Positions 1-10,829 of a DNA stretch of 64,000 nt are shown here, piece by piece. The notes below the pieces were generated by a model. The model saw only the letters and a list, made by a program, of their open reading frames with translations. It did not search any database and was not told the DNA's origin. The translations under genes and the position numbers were made by a program. Source of the DNA: Selaginella moellendorffii (lineage: Eukaryota > Plantae > Lycopodiophyta); assembly GCF_000143415.4 (NCBI RefSeq), contig NW_003314280.1, positions 186,001 to 250,000 of the forward strand. The letters run 5' to 3'. The number at the start of each line of letters is the position of its first letter. Position 1 is the stretch's first letter.

Positions 1-1
1 A

Positions 2-1651
2 ATGGCGTTTATGCTGGTTCCTGAAGCAAACATGAGGCTACCGAAAAACAGCTATGGGTTTTACATGGGGCTTTTGAACGAAACCATGCAAGGAAACAAC
101 TCGACGCATATGCTAGCTGTGGAATTTGACGATGTGCTCAACACAGATGTTGGAGACCCCAGCGCAAGTCACGCAGGGGTGGATATCAACAGCGTCATCT
201 CGGTCGCCACTGCCAACTTGACAGGAGAGTTCAACCTGACGGCAAACTATACGCTGACTGCTTGGATTGAATACGACGCTACGACGGACTGCCTGGAAGT
301 TAGGATGGCAAGGAACAGTACGGAAAGGCCGCGCGAGTTCCTCCTCAGGACGAACTTCAGCTCCCGGGGCTGGAAACTGTCGGGTGTATTGAATCAAGAG
401 CGGATGTACGTGGGGTTTTCGGCAGCAACGGGGCAGGATTGCTTCCAGTTTCACAGGCTGTATGCCTGGAATTTTACAATGTCCCGGGTGACGAAGTGCA
501 ATGGCGTGGACTGTCCAGTGGTGAAGGTTCTGGTCGCGCTTTCGGTGGCTCTTGCTCTGGCCTTGATGGTGGCACTTGCCATGGTTGTGGTCTTTCGACG
601 TACCAAAAAGATCGCCTACACCATTCACATGCCAGAGTCCGTTGGCATCACTCGGTTCTCATTCAAGGAGCTTCGGTCTGCCACCAGAGGATTCTCCAAA
701 AAGCTGCTGCTGGGCCGCGGAGGTTTTGCCAGCGTCTACAAGGGCACTCTAAAGGATAGAACCGCGGTCGCGATCAAGTATTTGAACAGGGACAAGGCGG
801 AAGCAGACTCGGAAAACAGCATCGCACAGTTTGTCGCGGAGATACGAGTGATTGGTCAGCTCCGGCACCGGAATCTCGTGGGACTCAAGGGATTCTGCTT
901 CGAGAGAGCAAAGTTTTGCCTCGTCTACGAGTACATGCCAAATAGGAGCTTGGACAAGCACCTGTTTGATCCGAAGGGCAAGCTGGAGTGGCATCAGAGG
1001 CTGGCTATCTTGAGAGGAGTAGCGGAAGGTCTGGCATTTCTTCACGAAGGGTGGCAACAGCGCGTTCTCCATCGAGACGTCAAGGCAGCCAATGTTCTAC
1101 TAGACGCATCTTTTGGTGCCAAGCTGGGGGACTTTGGCTTCTCCAAGCTGGTAGATCACGGAACGGGCAGCTGGTACATGACAGCAGTGGGAACAACGGG
1201 ATACATGGCACCGGAGCTCTACACTGGAAGAGCAACCGAAAGAAGCGACGTCTACAGTTTTGGGATCCTGGCTCTGGAAGTGGTGAGCGGCCGACGAGCT
1301 ACGTCGCTGAGCAAAGACAAGAACGACGAGGACAGCGTGCTACTTGACTGGGTGCGGGAGTTGGCTTGCGATGGGCGGGACATGGAAGCCGTGGATCCCA
1401 GGCTCCATGAAGCAGCAGCAAGAGCGGAGGACATAGTTCGCGCAATTCGCCTGGGACTACACTGCTGTCAGCTGGAGGCGTATAAGCGGCCAACCATGCG
1501 GGCGTGCTGCCAACTTTTGCAGTCGAATGCTGCGTGCCTGGAAGCGCCTCCGATGCCAGCCATTGTTTCCAGCCCTTCCGTCAGAGGCTTGAGCCTCGAC
1601 GGCAGCGGCGAAGGCTTCAACGTCGATGATGATGCAAATCACTCGTCATGA
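2..1651 (+). CDS. L-type lectin receptor-like kinase (5' end probably outside the window)
   Basis: Legume-lectin motifs (AVEFD, HAGVDINS, AWIEYD, YVGFSAATG), TM helix, and an intact RD kinase (GRGGFASVYKG, AIK, HRDVKAAN, DFG, GTTGYMAPE); intronless. Confidence 0.95.
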   Translation: MAFMLVPEANMRLPKNSYGFYMGLLNETMQGNNSTHMLAVEFDDVLNTDVGDPSASHAGVDINSVISVATANLTGEFNLTANYTLTAWIEYDATTDCLEVRMARNSTERPREFLLRTNFSSRGWKLSGVLNQERMYVGFSAATGQDCFQFHRLYAWNFTMSRVTKCNGVDCPVVKVLVALSVALALALMVALAMVVVFRRTKKIAYTIHMPESVGITRFSFKELRSATRGFSKKLLLGRGGFASVYKGTLKDRTAVAIKYLNRDKAEADSENSIAQFVAEIRVIGQLRHRNLVGLKGFCFERAKFCLVYEYMPNRSLDKHLFDPKGKLEWHQRLAILRGVAEGLAFLHEGWQQRVLHRDVKAANVLLDASFGAKLGDFGFSKLVDHGTGSWYMTAVGTTGYMAPELYTGRATERSDVYSFGILALEVVSGRRATSLSKDKNDEDSVLLDWVRELACDGRDMEAVDPRLHEAAARAEDIVRAIRLGLHCCQLEAYKRPTMRACCQLLQSNAACLEAPPMPAIVSSPSVRGLSLDGSGEGFNVDDDANHSS

Positions 1652-1796
1652 GCTGTTTAGATCTGAATCCGGCTGCTCGGAAGATGTGTTTTGGACGACG
1701 CCGCTGAGTGATGAACAGTGAGCATTTGTCGCGTTTGAGAGGCTTCTTCTTACCTGGCAAGGGGTTGTATTGCTCGCCGTAATCACAGGGACGGCT

Positions 1797-3738
1797 ATGG
1801 CCTCGCCAATGCAAGCCGCCAAGATGCCATGTCTGCTGTGGAGTAGCTGGACAACCTTGCATTCGCGCGCACAAGAGAAGCAGCAATGGCGTTCTTGGAG
1901 AAGCCAGAAGAGCTTTCGGCCCAAAGTGCTGGAGGTTAGCAACCGCTTGTCAGCCTCACTGATATCTCCTTGCCAAGGCCAGCCACTGTTTTGCTTGATA
2001 GCATCCTGTGCCGCGCTTGCTCAAGTAAGTCTAGTCTTGACTTTGCAAGAGGAGATGTTGTTGCATGGACAGGTATTGGAAGGACGAACAAAGTGGGGTG
2101 AGCATCTATCTTCGCCGGTGCTGTCAATGGCGTCTGGAATGCTTCTTTCGTCCCTTCAAGTCATTCCCACAGCCGCACCAGTCTACGAGAATGTAAGTTC
2201 TGGCTCTCTGTTTTTCTGCTAACATATTGCACGCAGGTACTGAAGATAGCGATGCCAATGGCGGTGGCACTCACTCTTTTGGAAACTGATGTGCAGCGGG
2301 CCTTCACAGATGCTGGTAAGAAGTTGCTACTTTTTTGTGTCTCGATCAATACCCCTAGGCTATCTAGTGGCATGGAAATGCGTTTGCAAGGTTCTACGCT
2401 CAAGGCCTTCTGGATCGGAGCCGCGGGAACGATACTTGGGACACTTGTGGCCTTTTGGATTGTTGGGAGGCATCTTGGACCTGATGGCTGGAAGGCTAGT
2501 ATACCTGCAACTCCCGCTTGACTTTTCAAGAATTTCTCTTGTAGCAGATTGCGTCGTGTCTTTGTGCCAGTTATGTTGGTGGCAGCATCAACTATGCAGC
2601 CACTGCGCAGGTAAGGAAGTTGGTTTTTTTGTTTCCTTTCTTTTTCTATCGTCTGACGATTTGGAGTACGAATATAAGGCGCTCGAGCTGAGCTCGGGGA
2701 GCACCCTTGCCGCTGGAATCGCTGCTGATAATCTTGCAATGGTTCTCTACTTCGGCATTATCATGTGGATACCCGCTGACACTCGGAGACCACCTCCACA
2801 TATTACTCGAGGTTTGCTGAAATTCTTACTCTGTTTACGAAGACTGACTTGTTTTATTTATTACAGAGGAGGCTTCTGAACTTGACGCAAAACCAACAAG
2901 CGAAACAGTCATCGTATCTCTTGCTGTCGCTGCTGCATCATGCACCATTGGCAACGCTCTCGCGGCACTTCTTCCCTCCACATTCGCAGGCAGGTCTCTT
3001 CAGCACGCTTGGATCACTCATCTAATTCTTGAAATGTTTCCAGGTTGTGGCTTGGCCATCATGGCGCTTGTGGCGTCTGCATTTTCAGCAGTTGCAGCGA
3101 GGGCGTGCCATTCCCAATCCCATTCTCGTTCCGCAAGAGGCACCAGCGTAGCCGTGTTTGCGGGCTCTCAAGTCATTGGTGGCGCTCTCATGCTCCTCTT
3201 TTTCGCAGTGGTACGTACCATGCGCTTTTGTCTCCCGCGCGCCTAATCTTTCGAGAGCGTTTGCAGGTTGGTGCATCCTGCAGCATACGTGACGCCGTTT
3301 CAGCTGGCTGGCCTCTCTTCACTTTTATCCTTCTTTTGCTCTTGGTAAGAGGCATGAAATCGAGCTCTCTCATCCCGTGACCACGTGATTCGCAGACTCA
3401 CCTGGGCTTTACACTCGGCCTTGGATCGCAGTGCAAGATCCCAATGCGCGCGGTACCTATAGGTTCCCTTTGGACGACGCTTCTAACTAGGATTGTTTTT
3501 CAGCTATTGGTTGCATCGAATGCTAATATAGGCGGTCCGGCAACCGCTGCGGCAATGGCGAACGCTCGTTGCTGGAAAGAACTGGTTGGTACGTTGGTAC
3601 ACACGCAATCAACATCTCTAAGCCTGTGAATTGCAGATTCGGCCTTCAATATTGGTGGGAACACTGGGATACACGATTGGAACGGTCATTGGATGCGTGC
3701 TGGGAACAAGCACGCTGAGAACCATGACCCCTTTGTAA
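1797..3738 (+). CDS. DUF819 (YjcL-like) multi-pass membrane protein, multi-exon
   Basis: Exons give GTLKAFWIGAAGTILG, ASYVGGSINYAA, AADNL, LLVASNANIGGPATAAAMA, ILVGTLGYTIGT; two GC-AG introns are required. Confidence 0.85.
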
Positions 3739-4105
3739 GTTTTTCTTTCCGACTTTGTACGATACGATGTCAGCGTTGCGTCAGTTGCTTTGCACCTCGT
3801 GGCTGATCCAACACCAGGCATTGTCTTGATTGTGCGGCCTTTTGAAAAAACAATAAAGAGCTCACACCTGTGCATGAGGATCAACCACAGGTTGGACGAC
3901 AAAGCTTGATATTCATTCCATTGTCCCGTTTTAGAGACTTGCCTAGAGCACTTGGGGACGACACTTTCGTTCCCCTTTTCTTCTTCTTTGTCGCCTTGTT
4001 CTTGTCAAACGCGCCCGGGTCTCGCTTCTTCCTTCCGCTGCAACATCCCCTCGCTCGCTTCATCAGACATACTGTTAGAGTTTATATACTTCTCGGAAAA
4101 GCGCC

Positions 4106-5838
4106 ATGTTGTCGCAGCAAGGACGGTTGCATGGCTACCTGATGCTCGCCCAGCTCGCCTTTGCAGGGTTTGAGATTCTGTCGCGCATCGCACTCGCTAC
4201 TGGCACGCATCCACTGGCTTTCACATTTTATCGCAACTGCGTTGCATCACTGGTACTTGGAGTGGTAGCAGCCTGGACAGAGAGGTAAGATTCATCTTTG
4301 TTTGTGCTCATCCATGTCGATCCCGGGATATACAGCGAGCACAAGCGGCCACAGCTTGGGACCCTGCTCTACTTGTTTGGACTGGGATTCCTCGGGTGAG
4401 TCACGAAGCCACGACACAGTGATAAGAATTAGAGTTCACCATTGGCCTTTGGTTTCCAGCGTCACCGTTAATCAAGTCTGCTACTTGGCAGGGCTCAAGT
4501 ACACATCGGCCATCTTCGCCTCGGCCATGCGAAACTCGACTCCAGTCTTCACTTTCGTCATAGCCGCTCTGTGGAGGTGTGTGATACTGGTGTGTGATAC
4601 TGATAGATCTATATTTTCTTCGTTTTGACACTAGGCTGGAGAAAGTTGATCTAAAGAGACGAGATGGACAGCTCAAAATTTTTGGTTCTTTGCTGGGACT
4701 GTGTGGCTCGCTTATTCTCTCCATCTATAGGGGACCCGTTGTCATCAAGAGCAATATCTCCATCTCTTCAACTGCAGGGACCACTAGGTCACATATCAAG
4801 GCCGACGCCAGGAAAACTCTTCACTTGCTGTGGTTTAGCGTCTCCATGCTATCCTGGCAGATCGGAGCGTTCTTCTTGACACTTGCTTGCATCGCCTTTG
4901 GAGGCTTTCTCATTCTCCAGGTATGAAACGCCGCTCTTTATTTACACTACACTATCTCTAACGTTGTTTCATATGCTCTAGGCGCCAGTGCTGGACAGGT
5001 ATCCATCCCCGGTTTCGTTTGCAGCGTTTACATGCCTCTCAAGTGTGATCCAGACGCCATTACTGGGAGCTTTTTCCAAGTGGAATAACTGGAAGATCAC
5101 GTCCACTTCAGAAGCTCTAGCCATCCTGTATGCTGTAAGACACTTCTGATCAAGGCTTCTTTCACTTTCTGCTGATCAAGTATCAACTTTGGCGCAGGGA
5201 GTGATTGGTTCTGCTCTCGTGTCTTCGATTCAGTCATGGGGAGTCCTTACACAGGGACCGGTGATCGTTGCCGCGTACCAGCCACTGGAAACGATTTTCA
5301 CAGCTCTCTTCAGCATGGTGTTCCTCAAGGAAGACCTGCAGCTGGGAAGGTACGTGTGCCACAATGTTATCACTTTCAAGAAGCAAAACTTGACCAGCGT
5401 GATCACCGCAGCATCATAGGGGGGAGCGTTGTCATCGTCGGCTTGTACGCACTGATTTGGGGGCAGAGCCAGGAGCAGCTCTTGGATGAAGCAGCAGCAC
5501 ATCAACTCCCGGAAACAGTGCTCGGCCTAAACATCATTCCACAGTCACTCTTGCAGTATCCACTTCGTAGGTTCTCGTGCGACCTTGAGACGAGGAGAGA
5601 CGAGCATCGAGCCGATGACGCACAAGCAGTTCATAGGAGGCATTCGCTCGCAGCTCTCACCAACGACAATGCAGGAGCCCAAGGACCTCTTCGCCGAATG
5701 TCGTCAACGTTTCGGAGCCTTCTAAGGGAATTTGAAAGAGGTCCAAACCCGAACGATCTAGAGAATCAGCAGCTGCTACGTGAAACCACAGACTCAGCCT
5801 CAGTAGTAGATACACAAACTCAAAGAGTCACCTTGTAA
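4106..5838 (+). CDS. WAT1-related / UMAMIT (EamA, nodulin MtN21) transporter, multi-exon
   Basis: FTFYRNCVA, GLKYTSAIFASAMRNSTPVFTFVIA, GPVIVAAYQPL, IIGGSVVIVGLYALIWG. Confidence 0.9.
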
Positions 5839-5912
5839 CACTCGTAGCTGGTGTTGCATGCAAAGAAGTTCCATATATTACATAGACACACGTACAAAAC
5901 TAGGCACTCGCT

Positions 5913-8363
5913 TCATCTGTAGAAAAGCATCCAGAAACAAAGAGTGGCAACTAAGAGACTAGATGGCATGGCTAGTGCGTACGCTCGAGATGGCGGTGGT
6001 GCTGCGACTTGAACGGTAGGAGGTGTGGGTATGGGAGTTAAGGCTGGGGCTGTTACTGACGAGGGAAGCTTCTTGGTGCAAGTAAAGTTGCACTTGGTGG
6101 GGTTGACAACCTTGAAGATGCCAGCCGAAGTGAGCATGTACAGGTTTCTGCTGTTATCCTCGCCCCACGCAAACACAAACCCGATATCGGGAAGTGGACT
6201 GCCGCTCACATACTTACATGCCAGAGTCGAACCGGAGCAGCTGAAGTTCAGTGATGCACTCGTGTAGTTTCCACTGCCCTCGGGAGTTTCAGTGATTCCC
6301 CAGATGTTTCCTCCGTATAAATCAGCATAGAGGTACCTGCGATACCAAAGAATGTGAACTCATCTTACATAAGAGGCCTAGTACCTGCCGTAGAGACACG
6401 GATCCTGCAACGATCTCGAAACGGAGCCACCGATGATGGAGGCTGAGCCTTGCTCCTTGTTAACGCTGTCGTGGAGGTAAGTTGCAACGGGAAATATAGC
6501 TTGCAATGGATTTAGGCTCGTGTTTCCGCCTGGTGACCACGGGCCACTGTAATTCGCTACTCCATCAAACGTCCTCCATCCGTAATTCCCTCCTTTGGTA
6601 ACCAGGTTCACTTCTTCGTAGATGCTCTGCAACCGGCACAGAAACGCTTGATAAGCTCGTTTGATAAGCTCAGCAGCAAAAGCAGAGACAGAAATGTACA
6701 GACCTGTCCAACGTCCGTGCAGTAGAAGTACTCGGGTTTTGCGCTGTCAAAACTGCACCGCCAGGGATTCCGAAGGCCCAAAGCCCATATCTCAGGACGT
6801 GAATCGTTCTGCCGAAGGAATGGATTAGTTTCCGGAATGGAGTATTTTCCCCACAGTCCCAAGGTAGACACCTCCTGATCGGCTGCTCAGAAAGTTCAAG
6901 GTAAAAACGCGGCACCTCACGCTTAGAAAGAGAATCGACTCACTTGGCGTTTTGTCAATGTCGAGGCGAAGGATCTTCCCAAGTAGAGACTTTTTGTTCT
7001 GAGCAAAGTTGAAAGGATCGCCTATGCCACCTCCGTCTCCCATCATGAAATACAGGTACTTGTCCTGAGGTCCAAAGAGCAGTAAACCGCCGTGGTGAGT
7101 TGTGTAAGGAAGGCCCATGGACAGTATCCTCCTAACTTCGTTCGGGTTCGCTTTCAGAGCCTGGATACTAACAAAGATGAGAAAAAAGAAAGAATAAAAA
7201 ACAACTCTTTCTACCTGCGAAGGTGATATGGTTGCATTGCCGGCTGAGAATTCAGAGATGACACTCGAGTACTGGCAAGGAAGCGTCCCGTCGGAAGAGC
7301 GAACTTGGGAAGGGTCACAACCAACATCAGCGTTGCATGTACAGCGCGCGCCACCACAACCGGCCCACTTCTGCTTGTCGCAGTTGTAAGACACAAAGAA
7401 GCGGCCGTTTTTCACAAACTCGGGATGGAAGGCCACGGACATGAGGCCGAACTCTCTGTCAGATATGATGAAGTTGCTGATGTCGAGAAACGGAGCCGCC
7501 TTATCGACTTTGATGCTAGTGTTGGAGCCTTCGTCCGGAAGAAGAACAAGATATATCTGTCCCGTTTGCATCGCAACAAAGGCCCTGTTGGACCCATCCG
7601 GATGAGGAACAAGACCAATGGAGTTGTCCTCCCCAACCTTGTCAAAGCATACACCTGCAGGAGGCACGTCGCTTTGCTCTACGGTAAAGTTGTACGTGCT
7701 CCCATCGAAGCAAAACTGCCCCACCTCTTGAGGCAATCCCAAAGCCTCACAAAAGCTGGTATTCGACTGCCACTGCTCGATAAGTGTCTCGTTTGCAGAC
7801 GAGTTCTCCGACAGGCTCGAACCCGGTGGCAGCGTTCCCACAAGGCTGGGAGAAAATGGCGAGCCCGGGATGGTGAGGTTCTTGCAAGCATCCCAAACAT
7901 CGAAGCAGTATCCGCCTCCGCTGGAGGGCCCGGTGCTAGAGTTGCACAGCAGGGGGACGGATCGCAATCTCCTTCCACCAAACAAGTCAGCAGCGAAGGA
8001 GTCGCATTTCTATCCATGGAAAGAGAGAGCTCAATTCAAGCAGTTGTTTGAAGAAGAAGCCGTACCGAGCAAAGCACTTGCTTGATGTAGTTCGCGCAAG
8101 TTGCATCGGAGATATTCATAGCCGCAAACTGGGATCCAATGGCCGAATCGTCCGATGCCGAGCAGCACCCAGTCCCCGAGTACTGGGAGCAAAATCTGAG
8201 CTGACCGACATCCCGCAATGGAGCCTCTGTGACGAGAGAAACCCCTAAGAAAATTTCAAACTTGGTACCACTCACCTTGGTTGAGGCAAAGGGGAAGGGC
8301 TGAAGCAGTGTGTAGCAGCAGCAGCAGCAGCGGTAGCAACGAGGATAAGAGCAAAGCCGCCAT
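5913..8363 (-). CDS. HIPL1: HIPL1 / hedgehog-interacting-protein-like glucose-sorbosone dehydrogenase family protein, probably GPI-anchored
   Basis: Signal peptide + LPLCL, Cys-rich N-domain, GLMSVAFHPEF, HHGGLLLFGP, GDGG, SLLGKILRLDID, EIWALGLRNPWRCSFD, GGNYGWR, Pro-rich linker and hydrophobic tail. Confidence 0.9.
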
Positions 8364-8840
8364 CTCCCCCGATCCTCCTCCTCAATCCTCCTTTCGGAAG
8401 CAATCTGCTTTCCTCCCAGAGTCAACTCTCACGCATGGGACCCTACAGCCATAACTTTGTCCTGCTACTCACTTGACTCTTGCTTGCAGATGCGCAGTCG
8501 TGTTCCCCGTGTTGACTCGCAGCAGCTAGGTGCTACCAAAGAACCGCCGCGTTGAATCTCTGAAACTTCTAAACAATGCGCTGGCTTGGTATTTATCTAA
8601 TTACAGAACATTATCTCTCAGATAATGTACCTCATGACGCTCCTTCCATCGTGTAATCGTACTCAATTGTTGGAATGACCGACACCATGAACAGAACTAG
8701 CGTCAACAAGCCAATCCAAGCAGGGAAAACATCCACCCTTCGTGACTACAAAATCGGGATGATCTCCGGGCATGGGCATGGCAGTAAGGATGAACTGAGG
8801 CATGCTGCTCAGCCATGTGTGGATGGTCTTCAATTGTAAC
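8108..8840. repeat. Copy A of duplicated block (intact HIPL1 5' end and upstream region + decayed ATG3 3' exons)
   Basis: Aligns in direct orientation to 15283-16006, e.g. catgggaccctacagccataactttgtcctgctactcact and tcgtactcaattgttggaatgaccgac. Confidence 0.9.
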
Positions 8841-8992
8841 ATATGAAAAATGTCCGCAAGCTTATTGTTTGATGGAACGCAGAGAAGAATGATTTGTCCA
8901 TCTAAAACTTTCTCTTGGACGAAGATGTTGTGGCGTGATAAACTTTGATCCTGAGCTTGTCTTCGAAGATGTCAGTCAAGATCATGCTCGTC
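8630..8992. pseudogene. ATG3 pseudogene fragments: last two exons on the - strand (8630-8840) and an inverted exon on the + strand (8944-8992)
   Basis: [12 protein letters not shown] and [10 protein letters not shown] remnants with indels; [15 protein letters not shown] encoded on the opposite strand. Confidence 0.8.
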
Positions 8993-9213
8993 ACACGATG
9001 AGCATTTCACTAATTCCTGTCACTCTGCTTCGTCCACTGCAACGCTGTAGAGAGGGCTACGAGAGGCTGCAGCAATCAGCTTGGGGCTGCATTGAAGAGA
9101 TTGACACGCGCATTGCTCGAGAGAAAGAGTGGAAGGTCGTTCTTGCTAGAACTTGACACATGGCAAGAACAAAAATGATGAAAGCAAAAGGATACAGACC
9201 AAATTGCCCCTTC

Positions 9214-10701
9214 CTACATACCAGATATCATACCTGATATCTGTTTACCTTGATGTCCGCCGTCCTCCATTGTTTCTCCACTATGCTTGTCATCACGTCT
9301 TGCTTTCCCCAACAATCGCTTCCTATCAACTTCCGCTATCAACTTCTCTGGACTAAGTGGATCACATGCCTTCTCGAGCAGGGCAACGTCTCTGGCAGTA
9401 GCTTCATACCACTCTTGGGACAAAACCTCCGTGATCAGGGCACCGCCAAAGCCAACCAGCTTAACATGCAGCTTCCCAGCCTCGTCGACTTTGCTCACAA
9501 CCTTGGACGTGTTGATGTCGCGGATGGCAATCCCACGCTTGTGGATCGCGCGCAAGCACTCCATCGCCTGCTTCAGAGTCTCCCCCTCGTCACTTAAGAT
9601 GAACTTCGAAGGATTGGAGCACTGCTCGAGCTCGCTGAAACCACCGTCGGTCATCATAACGAAGACGAACATCGCCCCCTTGAGGAACCCCCACGACAGA
9701 AGCTTGGGAACCGCAGAGCCCTGTACGTTCTTGAGCCTCGTGTAGCAGTCCACCTCCGTAGCAAGCTTGGCGAGACCGAGATTGATACCAGCCTTGTACT
9801 GGCTTGTCAAGTCCCTGATCTTCACCACCACGTCTTGTCCAGCATACTTCGCTCGAACAGCAAACACCGTCTGGTTAGCGTTGCCATCGCGATGCAGCGG
9901 TAGCGTATCCACTTGCCTCAGATCTTCGAACTTGAATCCATCGTCCGTGACTGCCTTGTCGACGATCTTGCGTGGATCGATGTTGCTCAGCTTGCACACG
10001 AGCTCCAAGATCTCAAGGACGGGGGAGAAGTCGAGCTTGGGCAGCACGCTCCTCACGCCCGTCAGCGGTGGCAGTCCTTCCTTCCTCGCCACCTCCACTG
10101 CGAAGCCGAGCGCCATGAGCGGATTGTTCATGGCGGGCGACGAGACCAGGAGCTCATTCGCCGTAGCCCTCTTGCAGAGCCACGACGAGTTGAGATTCGT
10201 GAGCACCCCAAAGCGAGCTCCCGTGATCTCCATGTAATTCACGAGCCTGTCTTGCACCAGGTCCAGCTTGTCGGGCAAGTTGAAGAAGTCGAGCAAGAAG
10301 AGTAGAACTGGAGTGGCGTCGCCCCGGCGGAACAAGCATCCTTCCGGCCTCGCAATGGCGCCTGACTCGAAAGATCCAAAGATTTCCTCGTTTTTGTCGC
10401 GGAAAAGACCTACCATTTGCGAGAGGTAGTTCCAGTAATAGATCGTGAAGAAGGGGTAGAGAGGGGGTCGATCGGGCAGCTGACCATACCAAGACTGGAT
10501 GTCCGCTTCGATATCCCACCTCCCTACACTATAGCCGCCGCGATGCATCAAGTCGCCAAGCGGTGCTAGTGGCCCCATAATCAACAACTTCTTGACAGGG
10601 TCGGGAACCTTGGGATACGGCATCGTCATGGCGTGCTTGAGAGGTACCAGGGCAAGCCGCGCATGGAAGGCAAGCAGTGGATGCTCCTTTTCCTCCGCCA
10701 T
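9214..10701 (-). CDS. Intronless protein with a REase-fold-like region plus a divergent kinase domain (Crinkler/CR-effector-like architecture)
   Basis: RLVNYMEITGARFGVLTNLNSSWLCKR resembles the Q..GYM....YG.LT.Y...WF.KR motif of CR-REases; kinase-like VVVK, TEVDCY, VPKLLSWG, IHKRGIAIRDI, VKLVGFG; telo-box just upstream. Confidence 0.6.
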   Translation of the reverse strand: MAEEKEHPLLAFHARLALVPLKHAMTMPYPKVPDPVKKLLIMGPLAPLGDLMHRGGYSVGRWDIEADIQSWYGQLPDRPPLYPFFTIYYWNYLSQMVGLFRDKNEEIFGSFESGAIARPEGCLFRRGDATPVLLFLLDFFNLPDKLDLVQDRLVNYMEITGARFGVLTNLNSSWLCKRATANELLVSSPAMNNPLMALGFAVEVARKEGLPPLTGVRSVLPKLDFSPVLEILELVCKLSNIDPRKIVDKAVTDDGFKFEDLRQVDTLPLHRDGNANQTVFAVRAKYAGQDVVVKIRDLTSQYKAGINLGLAKLATEVDCYTRLKNVQGSAVPKLLSWGFLKGAMFVFVMMTDGGFSELEQCSNPSKFILSDEGETLKQAMECLRAIHKRGIAIRDINTSKVVSKVDEAGKLHVKLVGFGGALITEVLSQEWYEATARDVALLEKACDPLSPEKLIAEVDRKRLLGKARRDDKHSGETMEDGGHQGKQISGMISGM

Positions 10702-10829
10702 TGTCGAAAACCAAAAACCCTAGAGTCCCAGGCGAGATGAGATGCAATCTATCCGTGCAAGAGCATTGGCAAGCTTGAGCGCCTCTTGTGTTTTTGTAGC
10801 ACCATGCCATCAGGGTTGAATCTTGGCAA

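Noticed and set aside
113-1642. Many antisense and alternate-frame ORFs over LecRK (similar cases throughout the window)
   Set aside because: Shadow ORFs of GC-rich coding sequence with no domain signal
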